This document shows, one piece after another, positions 46,263-55,994 of a stretch of DNA of 64,000 bases (the stretch's first letter is position 1; each line of letters begins with the position of its first letter). The stretch spans positions 1,258-65,257 of the forward strand of contig CACZVE010000013.1 of NCBI GenBank assembly GCA_902784565.1, read 5' to 3'. The notes under the pieces are model-generated. The model was not told the origin of the DNA, searched no databases, and was given only the letters and a program-made list of their open reading frames with translations. The DNA comes from an uncultured Prevotellaceae bacterium. Lineage in GTDB: Bacteria; Bacteroidota; Bacteroidia; Bacteroidales; Bacteroidaceae. Both the position numbers and the translations under genes were made by a program.

Positions 46263-47601
46263 AATCTTGATATAAAAAATCGTTATACGGATATTTCTGG
46301 ACGTGCAGTTCGCGCACCCGCTTATACAACACATCTCTTAATTCATCAATATTCTCCTTCTCTCTGGCCGAAATGAAGAGACACTCTGAATAGTGCTCAT
46401 TCGATCCACTCAACCCATTCGTCCCAATCCGACCCATCCACGTCCGCTTCAATTCTTCCAGCGTAATGTTTTCTTTCGTCTCAGGAGTCAGGTCGTCCTC
46501 CTCCTTCGGTACCCACGTATAGGCGTCGATCTTGTTGAAGACGATCATCGCCGGCGTATCGGCACAGCCCAATTCCTTCAGGGTGTTCTCCACCACACAG
46601 ATCTGCTCCTCGAAGTCTGGATGGGAGATGTCCACTACATGTACCAGCAGGTCCGCCTCGCGCACCTCGTCAAGTGTACTCTTGAAACTCTCCACCAGAT
46701 CGGAGGGCAGTTTACGGATGAAACCGACGGTATCTGCCAGAAGGAAGGGCAGGTTGTCAATAGTCATCTTGCGCACGGTAGTATCAAGGGTGGCGAAAAG
46801 TTTGTTCTCTGCAAACACCTCACTCTTGGCCAATAGGTTCATCAGGGTGGATTTCCCCACATTGGTATAGCCTACAAGCGCCACACGGATCAAACGACCA
46901 CGGTTCTTGCGCTGGGTCGTCTTCTGTTTGTCAATCTCGGCCAGACGCTGCTTCAACAGGGTGATGCGCTGGAGGATGATACGACGGTCCATCTCCAGCT
47001 GCGTCTCACCGGGACCGCGCAAACCTACACTACCCTTACCGCCACCTGAGCCAGAGCCACCACCCTGACGTTCCAAGTGCGTCCAGAGCCGTTGCAGTCG
47101 GGGCAGCATATAACGGTGCTGTGCCAACTCCACCTGTGCTTTGGCCTCGGCGGTTTGTGCCCGCATGGCGAAGATGTCCAGTATCAGCGAGGTACGGTCG
47201 AGGATCTTTACTTGCAGTTCCTTCTCGATATTACGGATCTGTTTGGCAGAGAGTTCGTCATCAAAGATAACCATACCCACAGGCTGTGGGGCCTTCCCCC
47301 CATCCAACCCATCAGGCTCATCAAACCCATTCATTCCATCTACCCACTCATCATAGGCATCCTGGCATTGCTTGATATACGCCTTGATCTCCTGAAGTTT
47401 TCCGCTACCCACATAGGTCGTCTGACTCGGCCCGCCCACCTTCTGGGTGAAGCGCTTCACGGTGACGGCTCCGGCGGTATCTGCCAGAAACTCCAGTTCG
47501 TCGAGATATTCCTTGGTCTTCGCCTCGTCCTGTTCCTTGGTGATGAGTCCTACCAACACCGCCGTCTCGGCCTTGGCTTCCGATATCACAAATTCTTTCA
47601 T
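46255..47601 (-). CDS. hflX: GTPase HflX
   Basis: GPGETQLE, GYTNVGKS, LFATLDTT, DTVGFI, NKID. Confidence 0.97.
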   Translation of the reverse strand: MKEFVISEAKAETAVLVGLITKEQDEAKTKEYLDELEFLADTAGAVTVKRFTQKVGGPSQTTYVGSGKLQEIKAYIKQCQDAYDEWVDGMNGFDEPDGLDGGKAPQPVGMVIFDDELSAKQIRNIEKELQVKILDRTSLILDIFAMRAQTAEAKAQVELAQHRYMLPRLQRLWTHLERQGGGSGSGGGKGSVGLRGPGETQLEMDRRIILQRITLLKQRLAEIDKQKTTQRKNRGRLIRVALVGYTNVGKSTLMNLLAKSEVFAENKLFATLDTTVRKMTIDNLPFLLADTVGFIRKLPSDLVESFKSTLDEVREADLLVHVVDISHPDFEEQICVVENTLKELGCADTPAMIVFNKIDAYTWVPKEEDDLTPETKENITLEELKRTWMGRIGTNGLSGSNEHYSECLFISAREKENIDELRDVLYKRVRELHVQKYPYNDFLYQDYE

Positions 47602-47764
47602 TTGGGTGCAAAGATAAGAAAAAAACACGGATTGTATGGATTCTATGGAAAGTTTTTTCTAGGAAACATAAAAAAATCCTTAAAATCTATATAATCCGTG
47701 TTTTATGAATAAGTTTTTTTTGTACTTTTGCAGCAGATTTTTAACGAACCAAAAACAAACGATT

Positions 47765-48559
47765 ATGAGAGTTATTATCCAATCTGACTATCAGAAGATG
47801 TCACAGTGGGCCGCAAACCACGTGATCCAGCGTATCAACGAGTTCAATCCGACACCCGATCACAAGTTTGTGCTTGGTCTGCCCACCGGTTCTTCACCCG
47901 TAGGCATGTACAATGCCCTCGTCGAGGCCAACCGTGCCGGCAAGGTATCGTTCAAGAATGTGCTCACCTTCAATATGGATGAGTATGTCGGTCTGCCCGA
48001 AACGCACCCCGAGAGTTATCATGCCTTCATGGCTCGTAACCTGTTCGACCACATCGACTGTCCGAAGGAGAATATCCATATCCTCAACGGTAATGCCCCC
48101 GACCTGCAGGCCGAGTGCAAGCACTATGAGGAGATGATTGAGGAGGCTGGCGGCATCGACCTGTTCATCGGCGGCATCGGCCCCGACGGTCACATCGCCT
48201 TCAATGAGCCGGGTTCTTCGCTCCGCAGCCGTACCCGTATGAAGACCCTCACCACTGACACCCGCATCGCCAACAGCCGTTTCTTCGGCGGTAAGCCTGA
48301 GAACGTACCTGCCCATGCCCTCACCGTCGGTGTCGGCACTGTGATGGATGCTCGTGAGGTGATGATCCTGGTGAACGGTCATGGCAAGGCTCGCGCACTT
48401 CAGGCTGCTGTAGAGGGAGCCATCAACCACATGTGGACTATCTCTGCCCTGCAGATGCATGAGCACGGCATCATCGTCAGCGATGAGGAGGCTGCTGACG
48501 AACTGAAGGTGTCGACCTATAAGTATTTCAAGGACATCGAGAGCGACCAGCTGTTCTGA
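47765..48559 (+). CDS. nagB: Glucosamine-6-phosphate deaminase
   Basis: [29 protein letters not shown]. Confidence 0.97.
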   Translation: MRVIIQSDYQKMSQWAANHVIQRINEFNPTPDHKFVLGLPTGSSPVGMYNALVEANRAGKVSFKNVLTFNMDEYVGLPETHPESYHAFMARNLFDHIDCPKENIHILNGNAPDLQAECKHYEEMIEEAGGIDLFIGGIGPDGHIAFNEPGSSLRSRTRMKTLTTDTRIANSRFFGGKPENVPAHALTVGVGTVMDAREVMILVNGHGKARALQAAVEGAINHMWTISALQMHEHGIIVSDEEAADELKVSTYKYFKDIESDQLF

Positions 48560-48589
48560 TGCCTCTTAGTTTCAGACTTAAGTTAAGTA

Positions 48590-48627
48590 AAAAATCCTCG
48601 AAAGTCGATGGACTTTTGAGGATTTTT
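48590..48627 (+). terminator. Terminator-like hairpin after nagB
   Basis: aaaaatcctcgaaagtc / gacttttgaggattttt. Confidence 0.7.
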
Positions 48628-48656
48628 CGTAACTTTGTACCCTGATAAATAACAAT

Positions 48657-50663
48657 ATGACAATGAAGAAACTGATTCTGATGGTAATGAGCCTGCTGGT
48701 GACGCTCGGCGCACTGGCGGGAACGGAGATGGCGGAGTCGCAAGACCTGCGGATAGAGTATAAACATAAAGTGGCATCGCCCGACGGTCGTCTCCAAGTG
48801 ACTGTGCTTTGCGACAATGGCCGACTGTTCTACGAAGCCACACTTGACGGGCAGAAGATGCTAGAACGCTCGGCTCTCGGACTGAAGACAAGCATCGGCG
48901 ACTTATCGCGCGACCTGAAGTGGACCAGCCACATCCCCGCGGAGCCCGTCACCAAACAATACAAGATGCGCGGTACCAAGGCAGCGAACGGCAACTACCA
49001 GGCAAACACCCTGACACTCACCTACGAGAACAAGGACAAGGTGGAGATGAGCGTCACCTTTCAGGTGAGCAATAACGACATCGCCTTCCGCTACACCATC
49101 CCAGAACAGAAGATAGGCCGTAAGGAGATGAAGCGCGCGAGGATCCTGAGCGAACTGAGCAGTTTCAACTTCCCCGACGGCACCACAACGTTCATCTCGC
49201 CGCAGATAGGTCCCGAGACGGGCTGGGAGCAGACGAAACCATCATATGAGGAAGGCTACAGCGCCGACGCACCGATGACAGATGCCTCGCAGTACAGACA
49301 TGGGTATATCTTCCCCGCCCTCTTCCACCTGCCGAACGGCTGGGCACTAGTGGCTGAGACGGGCGTAGGCTCGAACTACTGCGGTAGTCACCTCTCCGAC
49401 TTTCAGGCGGGCATAGGCTATACCGTAGCCTATCCCGATGCAGGCGAGAACAACGGCTTCGGCTCCGATTTCGCCGCTATTCCACTGCCGGGTGAGACAC
49501 CCTGGCGCACCATCACCCTCGGCACGACACTCAAACCCATCGTGGAGACCACCATCAGTTACGACTTGGTGGAGCCCCGCTATGAAGCATCGACCGACTA
49601 CAAGCCTGGACGTTACACATGGAGTTGGCTGATCTGGCAGGACAAAAGCATCAACTACAACGATCAGGTAAAATTCATTGACCTGGCCTCGGCAATGGGC
49701 TTCGAGTACTGTCTGGTGGACAACTGGTGGGACACGCAAATCGGACGCGACCGCATCGCAGAACTCTCGAAATACGCGCAGTCGAAAGGCGTACATCTCC
49801 TGTTATGGTACAACAGCAACGGCTATGCCAACGATGCACCACAGGGGCCGCAGGATTGTATGAATACCGCCATCGCCCGCGAACGGGAGATGAAGTGGAT
49901 GCAGTCAATCGGTATCAAGGGCATCAAGGTAGACTTCTTCGGCGGTGACAAGCAGGAGGTGATGCGACTATATGAGGATATCTTAAGCGACGCCAACCGC
50001 TACGGACTGCAGGTGGTGTTCCACGGCTGCACCATCCCACGCGGATGGGAACGGATGTATCCTAATTTCGTGGCTTCAGAGGCCGTACTGGCCTCGGAGA
50101 ATGTATTCTTCAACGAGGGCGCGGCCATCAAAGAGCCCTTCGACCTCTGCCTCCACCCCTTCTGCCGTAATGCGACGGCCTCGATGGATTGGGGCGGTAT
50201 CATCATGAACAAATACCTGGCACCCGACAATAAAAGTCGGCACCCGCGTCACACCACCGATATCTTCGAGATGGCCTCGGGTCTCATCATGCAGACCTCC
50301 GTGCAATGCGTAGCCATGCAGCCGAACAACCTCACGGAACTACCGCAGTGGGAAATGGACTTCCTGAAAACACTGCCCACGACATGGGAGGAGACACGTT
50401 ATATCGACGGCTACCCAGGTAAGTATGTGGTTCTGGCACGTAAGGCCCTAAATGGCAAATGGTACGTGGCAGGTCTCTCCGCTGAGAAGGAGTCCCTGAC
50501 GCTAACCCTCGACCTGCCGATGTTCGAGGCCGACGAGACATTGCAGTGCTATGTGGACGACAATAAGAGTGGCGAGCCGACGCTCACCACCCTAAAGATT
50601 GACAAGAAAGGCAAGACCAAGGTGACCCTACTGCCCAACGGCGGGATGATTCTGTGCAGATAG
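48657..50663 (+). CDS. GH97 glycoside hydrolase (probably retaining type)
   Basis: Signal peptide, SPDG, PWR, GIKVDFF, FHGC...ERMYPN..ASEAV. Confidence 0.92.
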   Translation: MTMKKLILMVMSLLVTLGALAGTEMAESQDLRIEYKHKVASPDGRLQVTVLCDNGRLFYEATLDGQKMLERSALGLKTSIGDLSRDLKWTSHIPAEPVTKQYKMRGTKAANGNYQANTLTLTYENKDKVEMSVTFQVSNNDIAFRYTIPEQKIGRKEMKRARILSELSSFNFPDGTTTFISPQIGPETGWEQTKPSYEEGYSADAPMTDASQYRHGYIFPALFHLPNGWALVAETGVGSNYCGSHLSDFQAGIGYTVAYPDAGENNGFGSDFAAIPLPGETPWRTITLGTTLKPIVETTISYDLVEPRYEASTDYKPGRYTWSWLIWQDKSINYNDQVKFIDLASAMGFEYCLVDNWWDTQIGRDRIAELSKYAQSKGVHLLLWYNSNGYANDAPQGPQDCMNTAIAREREMKWMQSIGIKGIKVDFFGGDKQEVMRLYEDILSDANRYGLQVVFHGCTIPRGWERMYPNFVASEAVLASENVFFNEGAAIKEPFDLCLHPFCRNATASMDWGGIIMNKYLAPDNKSRHPRHTTDIFEMASGLIMQTSVQCVAMQPNNLTELPQWEMDFLKTLPTTWEETRYIDGYPGKYVVLARKALNGKWYVAGLSAEKESLTLTLDLPMFEADETLQCYVDDNKSGEPTLTTLKIDKKGKTKVTLLPNGGMILCR

Positions 50664-51488
50664 GACCGCCTGACGGGGTCCTGTCACATCGAGCACAACC
50701 ACCTCGTTGAATCCGCGCTTCAGGTATCGGCGGTGCAAGGCCAGCGAGGGTTGGGCATTCGAGAAGTAGCCGATGGGATTGCCGTTGACGAACACTTGTC
50801 CCCTGCCGAAATTATCCATATTCAGATAGATATTGCCGCTACGACTGAACACAGTCTGAAAACGGTAATAACCCGGCATTCCTTGTGCGACGGGCTGGGC
50901 GATACTGTCTGACGCGATAACAGAAAGCGCTTTAGAGGCAGTGTCGTAGCCGTCTGGAACGGTGAGGATAGTCCAGCGCTTCATGGTCAGCGTGAGTTCG
51001 TTGCCATCGATGTCGGCAGTCAAGAAAAGGGGCTCCGAAATACCCACAAAGTCGTCGAGATTCCTGCGTCCTGTCGCCCCGACCAGTATCTTCAGTTCTT
51101 GACCATCGTGTACAGGAGGCAGTTTGAGCGTCTGTGGATGTTCCGATCCGTCTATTGGGCCCACATAGTCGTCATCGATAAACACCTGCGCAAAGTCGTG
51201 GCAAGTGCCGATGGTAAGCATACTGGGAACCTTCACGTCGGGCAGCATACAGACATAGATCATCGTGCCACTCGTCATACCCATCTCTCTTTTCGTGCGC
51301 AGGGGGGAGTTCATCACCACGCTGTCGGCACCGAAGATAATAGGAGCAAAGCCTTTCAGCTCTGATTTTTGGATGACCTCCTTGGCGACAACAGCCTTGC
51401 GAGTTCTGACGCGACGACGTCCTTCTGTCGTCTGTGCCAGTGACAGCAGTACCGTCAAGAAGACAGTTATGGTTAGAAATCTTTTCAT
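50628..51488 (-). CDS. Secreted protein with only GH35 beta-galactosidase C-terminal all-beta domains
   Basis: HDFAQVFIDD, ILVGATGR.N, YLNMDNFGRGQVFVNG, LKRGFNEVVVLD; no TIM barrel. Confidence 0.75.
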   Translation of the reverse strand: MKRFLTITVFLTVLLSLAQTTEGRRRVRTRKAVVAKEVIQKSELKGFAPIIFGADSVVMNSPLRTKREMGMTSGTMIYVCMLPDVKVPSMLTIGTCHDFAQVFIDDDYVGPIDGSEHPQTLKLPPVHDGQELKILVGATGRRNLDDFVGISEPLFLTADIDGNELTLTMKRWTILTVPDGYDTASKALSVIASDSIAQPVAQGMPGYYRFQTVFSRSGNIYLNMDNFGRGQVFVNGNPIGYFSNAQPSLALHRRYLKRGFNEVVVLDVTGPRQAVLSAQNHPAVGQ

Positions 51489-51574
51489 ACCTTCACAATT
51501 TTTCCTAAGTTTGGTGCAAAGGTACAAAAAATATTCGTATCTTTGCCACAAATTAAAAAAATAACGATTACAAC

Positions 51575-52240
51575 ATGAAGATTATCGTATCACAGGAGAT
51601 AGAACGTGTCTGTCCCTCCTTTGTGGGGGCGGCAGTAGAGGCACAGGTGGAGAACACGCCTTACTGTGCGGAATTGTGGGAGGAGATTCATGCCCTCGAA
51701 GAACGGTTCCGCAACGAACTTACAACAGAGAGTCTGAAGCAACTGCCCAGTATCGCTGCCACACGGAATGTCTATAAGGCCTGTGGGAAAGACCCATCGC
51801 GCTACCGCCCTGCCAGTGAACAACTCATCCGTCGGATGCTACAAGGCAAGGAGCTCTATCAGATAGATACCCTCGTTGACCTGGTGAATTTGGCTTCCAT
51901 CGCCTTCGGCTACAGCATCGGCGGCTTCGATGCGGATAAGTTCGTGGGAGATACACTGACACTGGGAGTCGGTCGCGAGGGAGAACCATACGAAGGGATT
52001 GGCAGAGGCATCATCAACATTGCCGGACTGCCTGTCTATCGTGATGCAGAAGGTGGTGTAGGCACCCCCACCAGCGACCACGAACGTACGAAGATGACAC
52101 TCAGCACCACCCACCTCGTGGTACTCATCAACGGCTACGACGGTAATGAGGCACGTGTGACGGACAATGCCCGCTTCATCCAGCAACTGCTAAAAAAATA
52201 CTGCCAGAGTGACGGCGGCACCGTCACCATCTATCGTTAA
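51575..52240 (+). CDS. B3/B4 domain (PheT-like editing domain) protein
   Basis: GKDPSRYRPASE.L.RR, LVDLVNLAS, GTPTSD. Confidence 0.9.
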   Translation: MKIIVSQEIERVCPSFVGAAVEAQVENTPYCAELWEEIHALEERFRNELTTESLKQLPSIAATRNVYKACGKDPSRYRPASEQLIRRMLQGKELYQIDTLVDLVNLASIAFGYSIGGFDADKFVGDTLTLGVGREGEPYEGIGRGIINIAGLPVYRDAEGGVGTPTSDHERTKMTLSTTHLVVLINGYDGNEARVTDNARFIQQLLKKYCQSDGGTVTIYR

Positions 52241-53316
52241 ACTGTAATCTCACCAGACCCTAAGCAACGGTGATAGTTGGCGTCGTAGATGACACAGAAC
52301 TGACCCGGCGCCACACCGTGAATCTTTTCCTTCGAATGCACAATAAAAGCATTCTCGCCCGTCCACTCTAAAGTGGCAGGGTGATACTCTGGCGTATGAC
52401 GGATCTTAAATGTCACCTCACAAAGTGTCAGACACTTTGTGAGGAAATGGAAGTCACGTACGGCAAAGTCCTGCTTATAAGCCGTCTCGGGATCGTAACC
52501 GTGCGAGACATAAAGGATATTTTGGGCCACATCTTTTTTGACGACAAACCAGGGACCGCCGCCAAAACCCATGCCCTTGCGCTGACCGATGGTATGGAAC
52601 CAGAGTCCCTTGTGCTCTCCAATGCGTTTGCCTGTCTCTAACTCGATGACGTCACCAGGCTGTTCACCTAGGTATCGACGGATATAGTCGTTGTAATTGA
52701 TCTTGCCCAGGAAACAGATGCCCTGCGAGTCCTTGCGCTTCGCATTCACCAGATGCTCCTGCTCGGCGATGACTCGTACCTCATCCTTCACATAGTGTCC
52801 GATAGGAAAGAGGGCCTTTCGGAGTTGCCAGTCGGCAATCTGTGCCAGAAAATCCGTCTGGTCTTTTACGGGGTCAGGACTTGTCACGAGCCATTTCCTG
52901 CCTTCGGCGTCGATTTCCGTCTGGGCATAATGGCCTGTGGCGATGAGGTCATAGTCATGTCCGCGTTTCTCGTCGAAAGCCCCGAACTTGATAAGCCGGT
53001 TGCACATCACATCCGGATTGGGGGTCAGTCCGGCACGTACCTTATCCATCGTGTACTTCGTCACCTGATCCCAGTATTCCTTGTGACAGTCGATGACCTC
53101 TAACCTGCACCCGTATTTGTGTGCCACTGCCGTTGCCATCTCCAAATCCTCCTCACTGGAGCAGTCCCACTCTTCTTCCTCCTCAGGTCCTATCTTGATG
53201 TAGAAGCAGTCGGGGTGCAGACCAAGTTTCGCAAACTCATACACCACAACGCTACTGTCCACTCCGCCGGAAAGTAGTATGGCAATCTTCTTATTCTCTA
53301 TCTCTGCTATATTCAT
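52237..53316 (-). CDS. mnmA: tRNA 2-thiouridylase
   Basis: LSGGVDS, TPNPDVMCN, ATGHYA, KDQT, DSQGICF, APGQ. Confidence 0.96.
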   Translation of the reverse strand: MNIAEIENKKIAILLSGGVDSSVVVYEFAKLGLHPDCFYIKIGPEEEEEWDCSSEEDLEMATAVAHKYGCRLEVIDCHKEYWDQVTKYTMDKVRAGLTPNPDVMCNRLIKFGAFDEKRGHDYDLIATGHYAQTEIDAEGRKWLVTSPDPVKDQTDFLAQIADWQLRKALFPIGHYVKDEVRVIAEQEHLVNAKRKDSQGICFLGKINYNDYIRRYLGEQPGDVIELETGKRIGEHKGLWFHTIGQRKGMGFGGGPWFVVKKDVAQNILYVSHGYDPETAYKQDFAVRDFHFLTKCLTLCEVTFKIRHTPEYHPATLEWTGENAFIVHSKEKIHGVAPGQFCVIYDANYHRCLGSGEITV

Positions 53317-53323
53317 GTCTTCT

Positions 53324-54205
53324 TTATTTCGGTTCCACATGCACGGCGATGTGCGTCTCTTCGCCATAACGCTCTCTCAACAGATCCTCCACCTCCGAGG
53401 CCTTGTCGTGGGCTTCCCTCAGGGTGATGTCGCCATCCATCAGGATATGTAGTTCGATGGCATAGTGATTACCAATCCGTCGGGTACGTAAATCGTGCGG
53501 TTCCACCACATCTGGCAAGGATGCCACCAGACCAAGGATCTCATCCTCTATGACATCGGGCAGTGACTGTTCCATCAGGTCGCCGATACCATCACGCAGC
53601 AGGTCGATAGAGACCTTTACGATAAACAGACCCACAATGACAGAGGCAATAGGGTCGAGTACCGTCCACCGCTGTCCTAGGAAAATGGCACCGCCAATGC
53701 CCACTGCCGTACCAATCGACGACAAGGCATCGCTACGGTGATGCCACGCATTTGCCTCCACTGCCTGGGATTTCAACTGACGGGCCTTAACCATCGAATA
53801 ACGATAGACACCTTCCTTCAGAAGCACGGACAACAAGGCTGCCCATAATGCCAACATCCCCGGTGCCTCCAACTGTGCGCCGTTGGCCCAGGCAATGATC
53901 TTCGTCATGCCGCTATACACGATACCGATAGCTACCGCCAACAATGCCATGCCGATGATGGTCATCGCTAACGTCTCGTACTTGCCGTGTCCGTAATCGT
54001 GTGATTTGTCTTCGGGTTTGCCGCTGATACGGACAAACACCAGTACAATCAGGTCTGTCACGAAATCGGATAGGGAGTGAATGGCATCTGCCACCATCGC
54101 AGCACTATGTCCCACAATACCGGCCACGAACTTGAAGAGCAGCAGGATGACGTTCACTGCTCCCCCCACCAGCGTCACCTTATAAATTTCCTTGCATCGT
54201 TCCAT
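53324..54205 (-). CDS. Cation diffusion facilitator transporter
   Basis: ADAIHSLSD, YGHGKYE, HHRSDA, HDLRTR, VHVEP. Confidence 0.95.
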   Translation of the reverse strand: MERCKEIYKVTLVGGAVNVILLLFKFVAGIVGHSAAMVADAIHSLSDFVTDLIVLVFVRISGKPEDKSHDYGHGKYETLAMTIIGMALLAVAIGIVYSGMTKIIAWANGAQLEAPGMLALWAALLSVLLKEGVYRYSMVKARQLKSQAVEANAWHHRSDALSSIGTAVGIGGAIFLGQRWTVLDPIASVIVGLFIVKVSIDLLRDGIGDLMEQSLPDVIEDEILGLVASLPDVVEPHDLRTRRIGNHYAIELHILMDGDITLREAHDKASEVEDLLRERYGEETHIAVHVEPK

Positions 54206-54305
54206 TGCGGTGCAAAATTACAAATAAGTGAGCGAATAACCAAATATAATCTATAAAGATTGTTAAAGTTTGAACCAAAACCATTGTCGGATGAGAAATA
54301 GTTCA

Positions 54306-54331
54306 TATCTTTGCGATATCAAAATGATATC
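54306..54331 (+). promoter_or_regulatory. -7 promoter and overlapping operator GATATC-N5-GATATC
   Basis: TATCTTTG 54306-54313; gatatcaaaatgatatc 54315-54331. Confidence 0.7.
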
Positions 54332-54364
54332 ATATCAAATTATGAATTTATAATTAAGAGAATT

Positions 54365-55333
54365 ATGGGAACAAAAGAGTATGCTTTCAAAGGAACAGTG
54401 ATGAACGGCTTCGTGATGCTGTTCGTCAATCTGGCTGTTATTATCTTAGCCGTTGTCGGTATCGTGAATAGTATTATCGAACTGGATCGCACTGACGGAC
54501 ATCAGGGAGGTTGGCTACTGGGCGGGTGTATCCTGCTCATCCTTGTTAATATAATAATGTGGTGCGGACACATGCAATTGGAACCCAACGAGGCCAGGGT
54601 GACTACGTGGTTCGGTAAATACGCTGGTACCTTCGCCAAGACAGGCTTCTATTGGATCAACCCGTTCTATGGAACCAAGAAAGTCAGCCTTCGTGCTCGT
54701 AACCTTGATGCCGAGCCTATCAAGGTGAACGATAAGACGGGTAATCCCGTGATGATCGGTCTCGTGCTGGTATGGAAACTGAAGGACACCTACAAGGCTC
54801 TCTTCGAAGTAGACACACAGACGATGGCTGCCGCTCCCAACACCGTCGGGTCAGACACGAAGGGACTGATGAACGCACTGGAGAACTTCGTCCGCGTGCA
54901 GAGTGATGCGGCCTTGCGTCAGGTGGCAGGACAGTATGCCTACGATGATGAGGACAACAAGCGTGAGGACGAGCCGACACTGCGTTCGAGTGCCGACGAG
55001 ATTAACCAGCAGTTGGAGGAGAAACTCGACGAGCGTCTGGCACTGGCTGGCATCGAAGTGGTGGAGGCACGTATCAACTATCTGGCATACGCCCCTGAGA
55101 TTGCTGCCGTGATGCTGCGCCGCCAACAGGCTTCGGCTATCATCACTGCCCGTGAGAAGATTGTGGAGGGTGCCGTGTCGATGGTGAAGATGGCGCTCGA
55201 CAAACTCTCAAAGGATAATATCGTGGATCTGGACGACGACAAGAAGGCTGCTATGGTGAGTAACCTGCTTGTGGTGCTCTGCGGCGACGACTCTGCACAG
55301 CCAGTGGTGAACACGGGAACGCTGAATCACTAA
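54365..55333 (+). CDS. SPFH domain membrane protein
   Basis: Two TM helices, KVNDKTGNP, LAYAPEIAAVMLRRQQA, VSNLLVVLC. Confidence 0.93.
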   Translation: MGTKEYAFKGTVMNGFVMLFVNLAVIILAVVGIVNSIIELDRTDGHQGGWLLGGCILLILVNIIMWCGHMQLEPNEARVTTWFGKYAGTFAKTGFYWINPFYGTKKVSLRARNLDAEPIKVNDKTGNPVMIGLVLVWKLKDTYKALFEVDTQTMAAAPNTVGSDTKGLMNALENFVRVQSDAALRQVAGQYAYDDEDNKREDEPTLRSSADEINQQLEEKLDERLALAGIEVVEARINYLAYAPEIAAVMLRRQQASAIITAREKIVEGAVSMVKMALDKLSKDNIVDLDDDKKAAMVSNLLVVLCGDDSAQPVVNTGTLNH

Positions 55334-55336
55334 TTT

Positions 55337-55525
55337 ATGGCTGAGAAGAGCACCAAGAGTTTTATCCTCCGCGTTGACGCTGAGACGATGAATGCGATAG
55401 AGGCCTGGGCTGCGGATGAATTCCGCAGCACCAACGGCCAGTTGCAGTGGATCATCACCGAGGCCCTGCGCAAAGCCAAGCGTTTGCCCAAGAAAAAGCA
55501 AAACAATGGAACAGAACAAGTTTGA
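55337..55525 (+). CDS. Arc-family ribbon-helix-helix DNA-binding protein
   Basis: KSFILRVD...WAADEFRSTNGQL. Confidence 0.9.
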   Translation: MAEKSTKSFILRVDAETMNAIEAWAADEFRSTNGQLQWIITEALRKAKRLPKKKQNNGTEQV

Positions 55526-55991
55526 TATTAAGAAAGTAAAGGTGCATCGCACCACATCGGGTACTGTCTTAGAGATTGCATTTGTCCTAACAGCCCTCAT
55601 CGTTTGGGGATTGATCATCTGGATGGTACATCAGGCACCAGACATTGTGCCCACCCATTTCGACGGATCAGGTAACCCCAATGCATACGGCTCACCTGTA
55701 AGAGTCACCATTCCCTGCATTATCATAACGATAGCAGCCATTGGTTGTATGGTAGTGGCTTATTTCCCACGATACATCAATATGCCAGTAGAGATTACGA
55801 ATATCCGACAGGTAAGACTGACCATCACCAGTGTCCGGGTGGCAGGCATCACCCTATTGCTGATGGTCCTGGCTGTGGCATATACCATGCTGGGGATGAG
55901 TTCGCCTAATCCAATTCCCATATTGGCGGTAGTAGGACTTCTCCTTGTGGAAATCATCGTTTTTACGGTACTCATCCACAAGGCAAAGTAA
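55506..55991 (+). CDS. DUF1648 (SdpI-like) membrane protein
   Basis: PDIVPTHFDGSGNPNAYG and four hydrophobic segments. Confidence 0.85.
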   Translation: MEQNKFDIKKVKVHRTTSGTVLEIAFVLTALIVWGLIIWMVHQAPDIVPTHFDGSGNPNAYGSPVRVTIPCIIITIAAIGCMVVAYFPRYINMPVEITNIRQVRLTITSVRVAGITLLLMVLAVAYTMLGMSSPNPIPILAVVGLLLVEIIVFTVLIHKAK

Positions 55992-55994
55992 CCG

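Noticed and set aside
29896-51488. Polysaccharide utilisation locus (GH94, nagB, GH97, GH35-like)
   Set aside because: Genes are scattered and there is no SusC/SusD pair or regulator
51516-51545. Invertible promoter
   Set aside because: Just back-to-back -7 elements of divergent genes; no flanking recombination repeats
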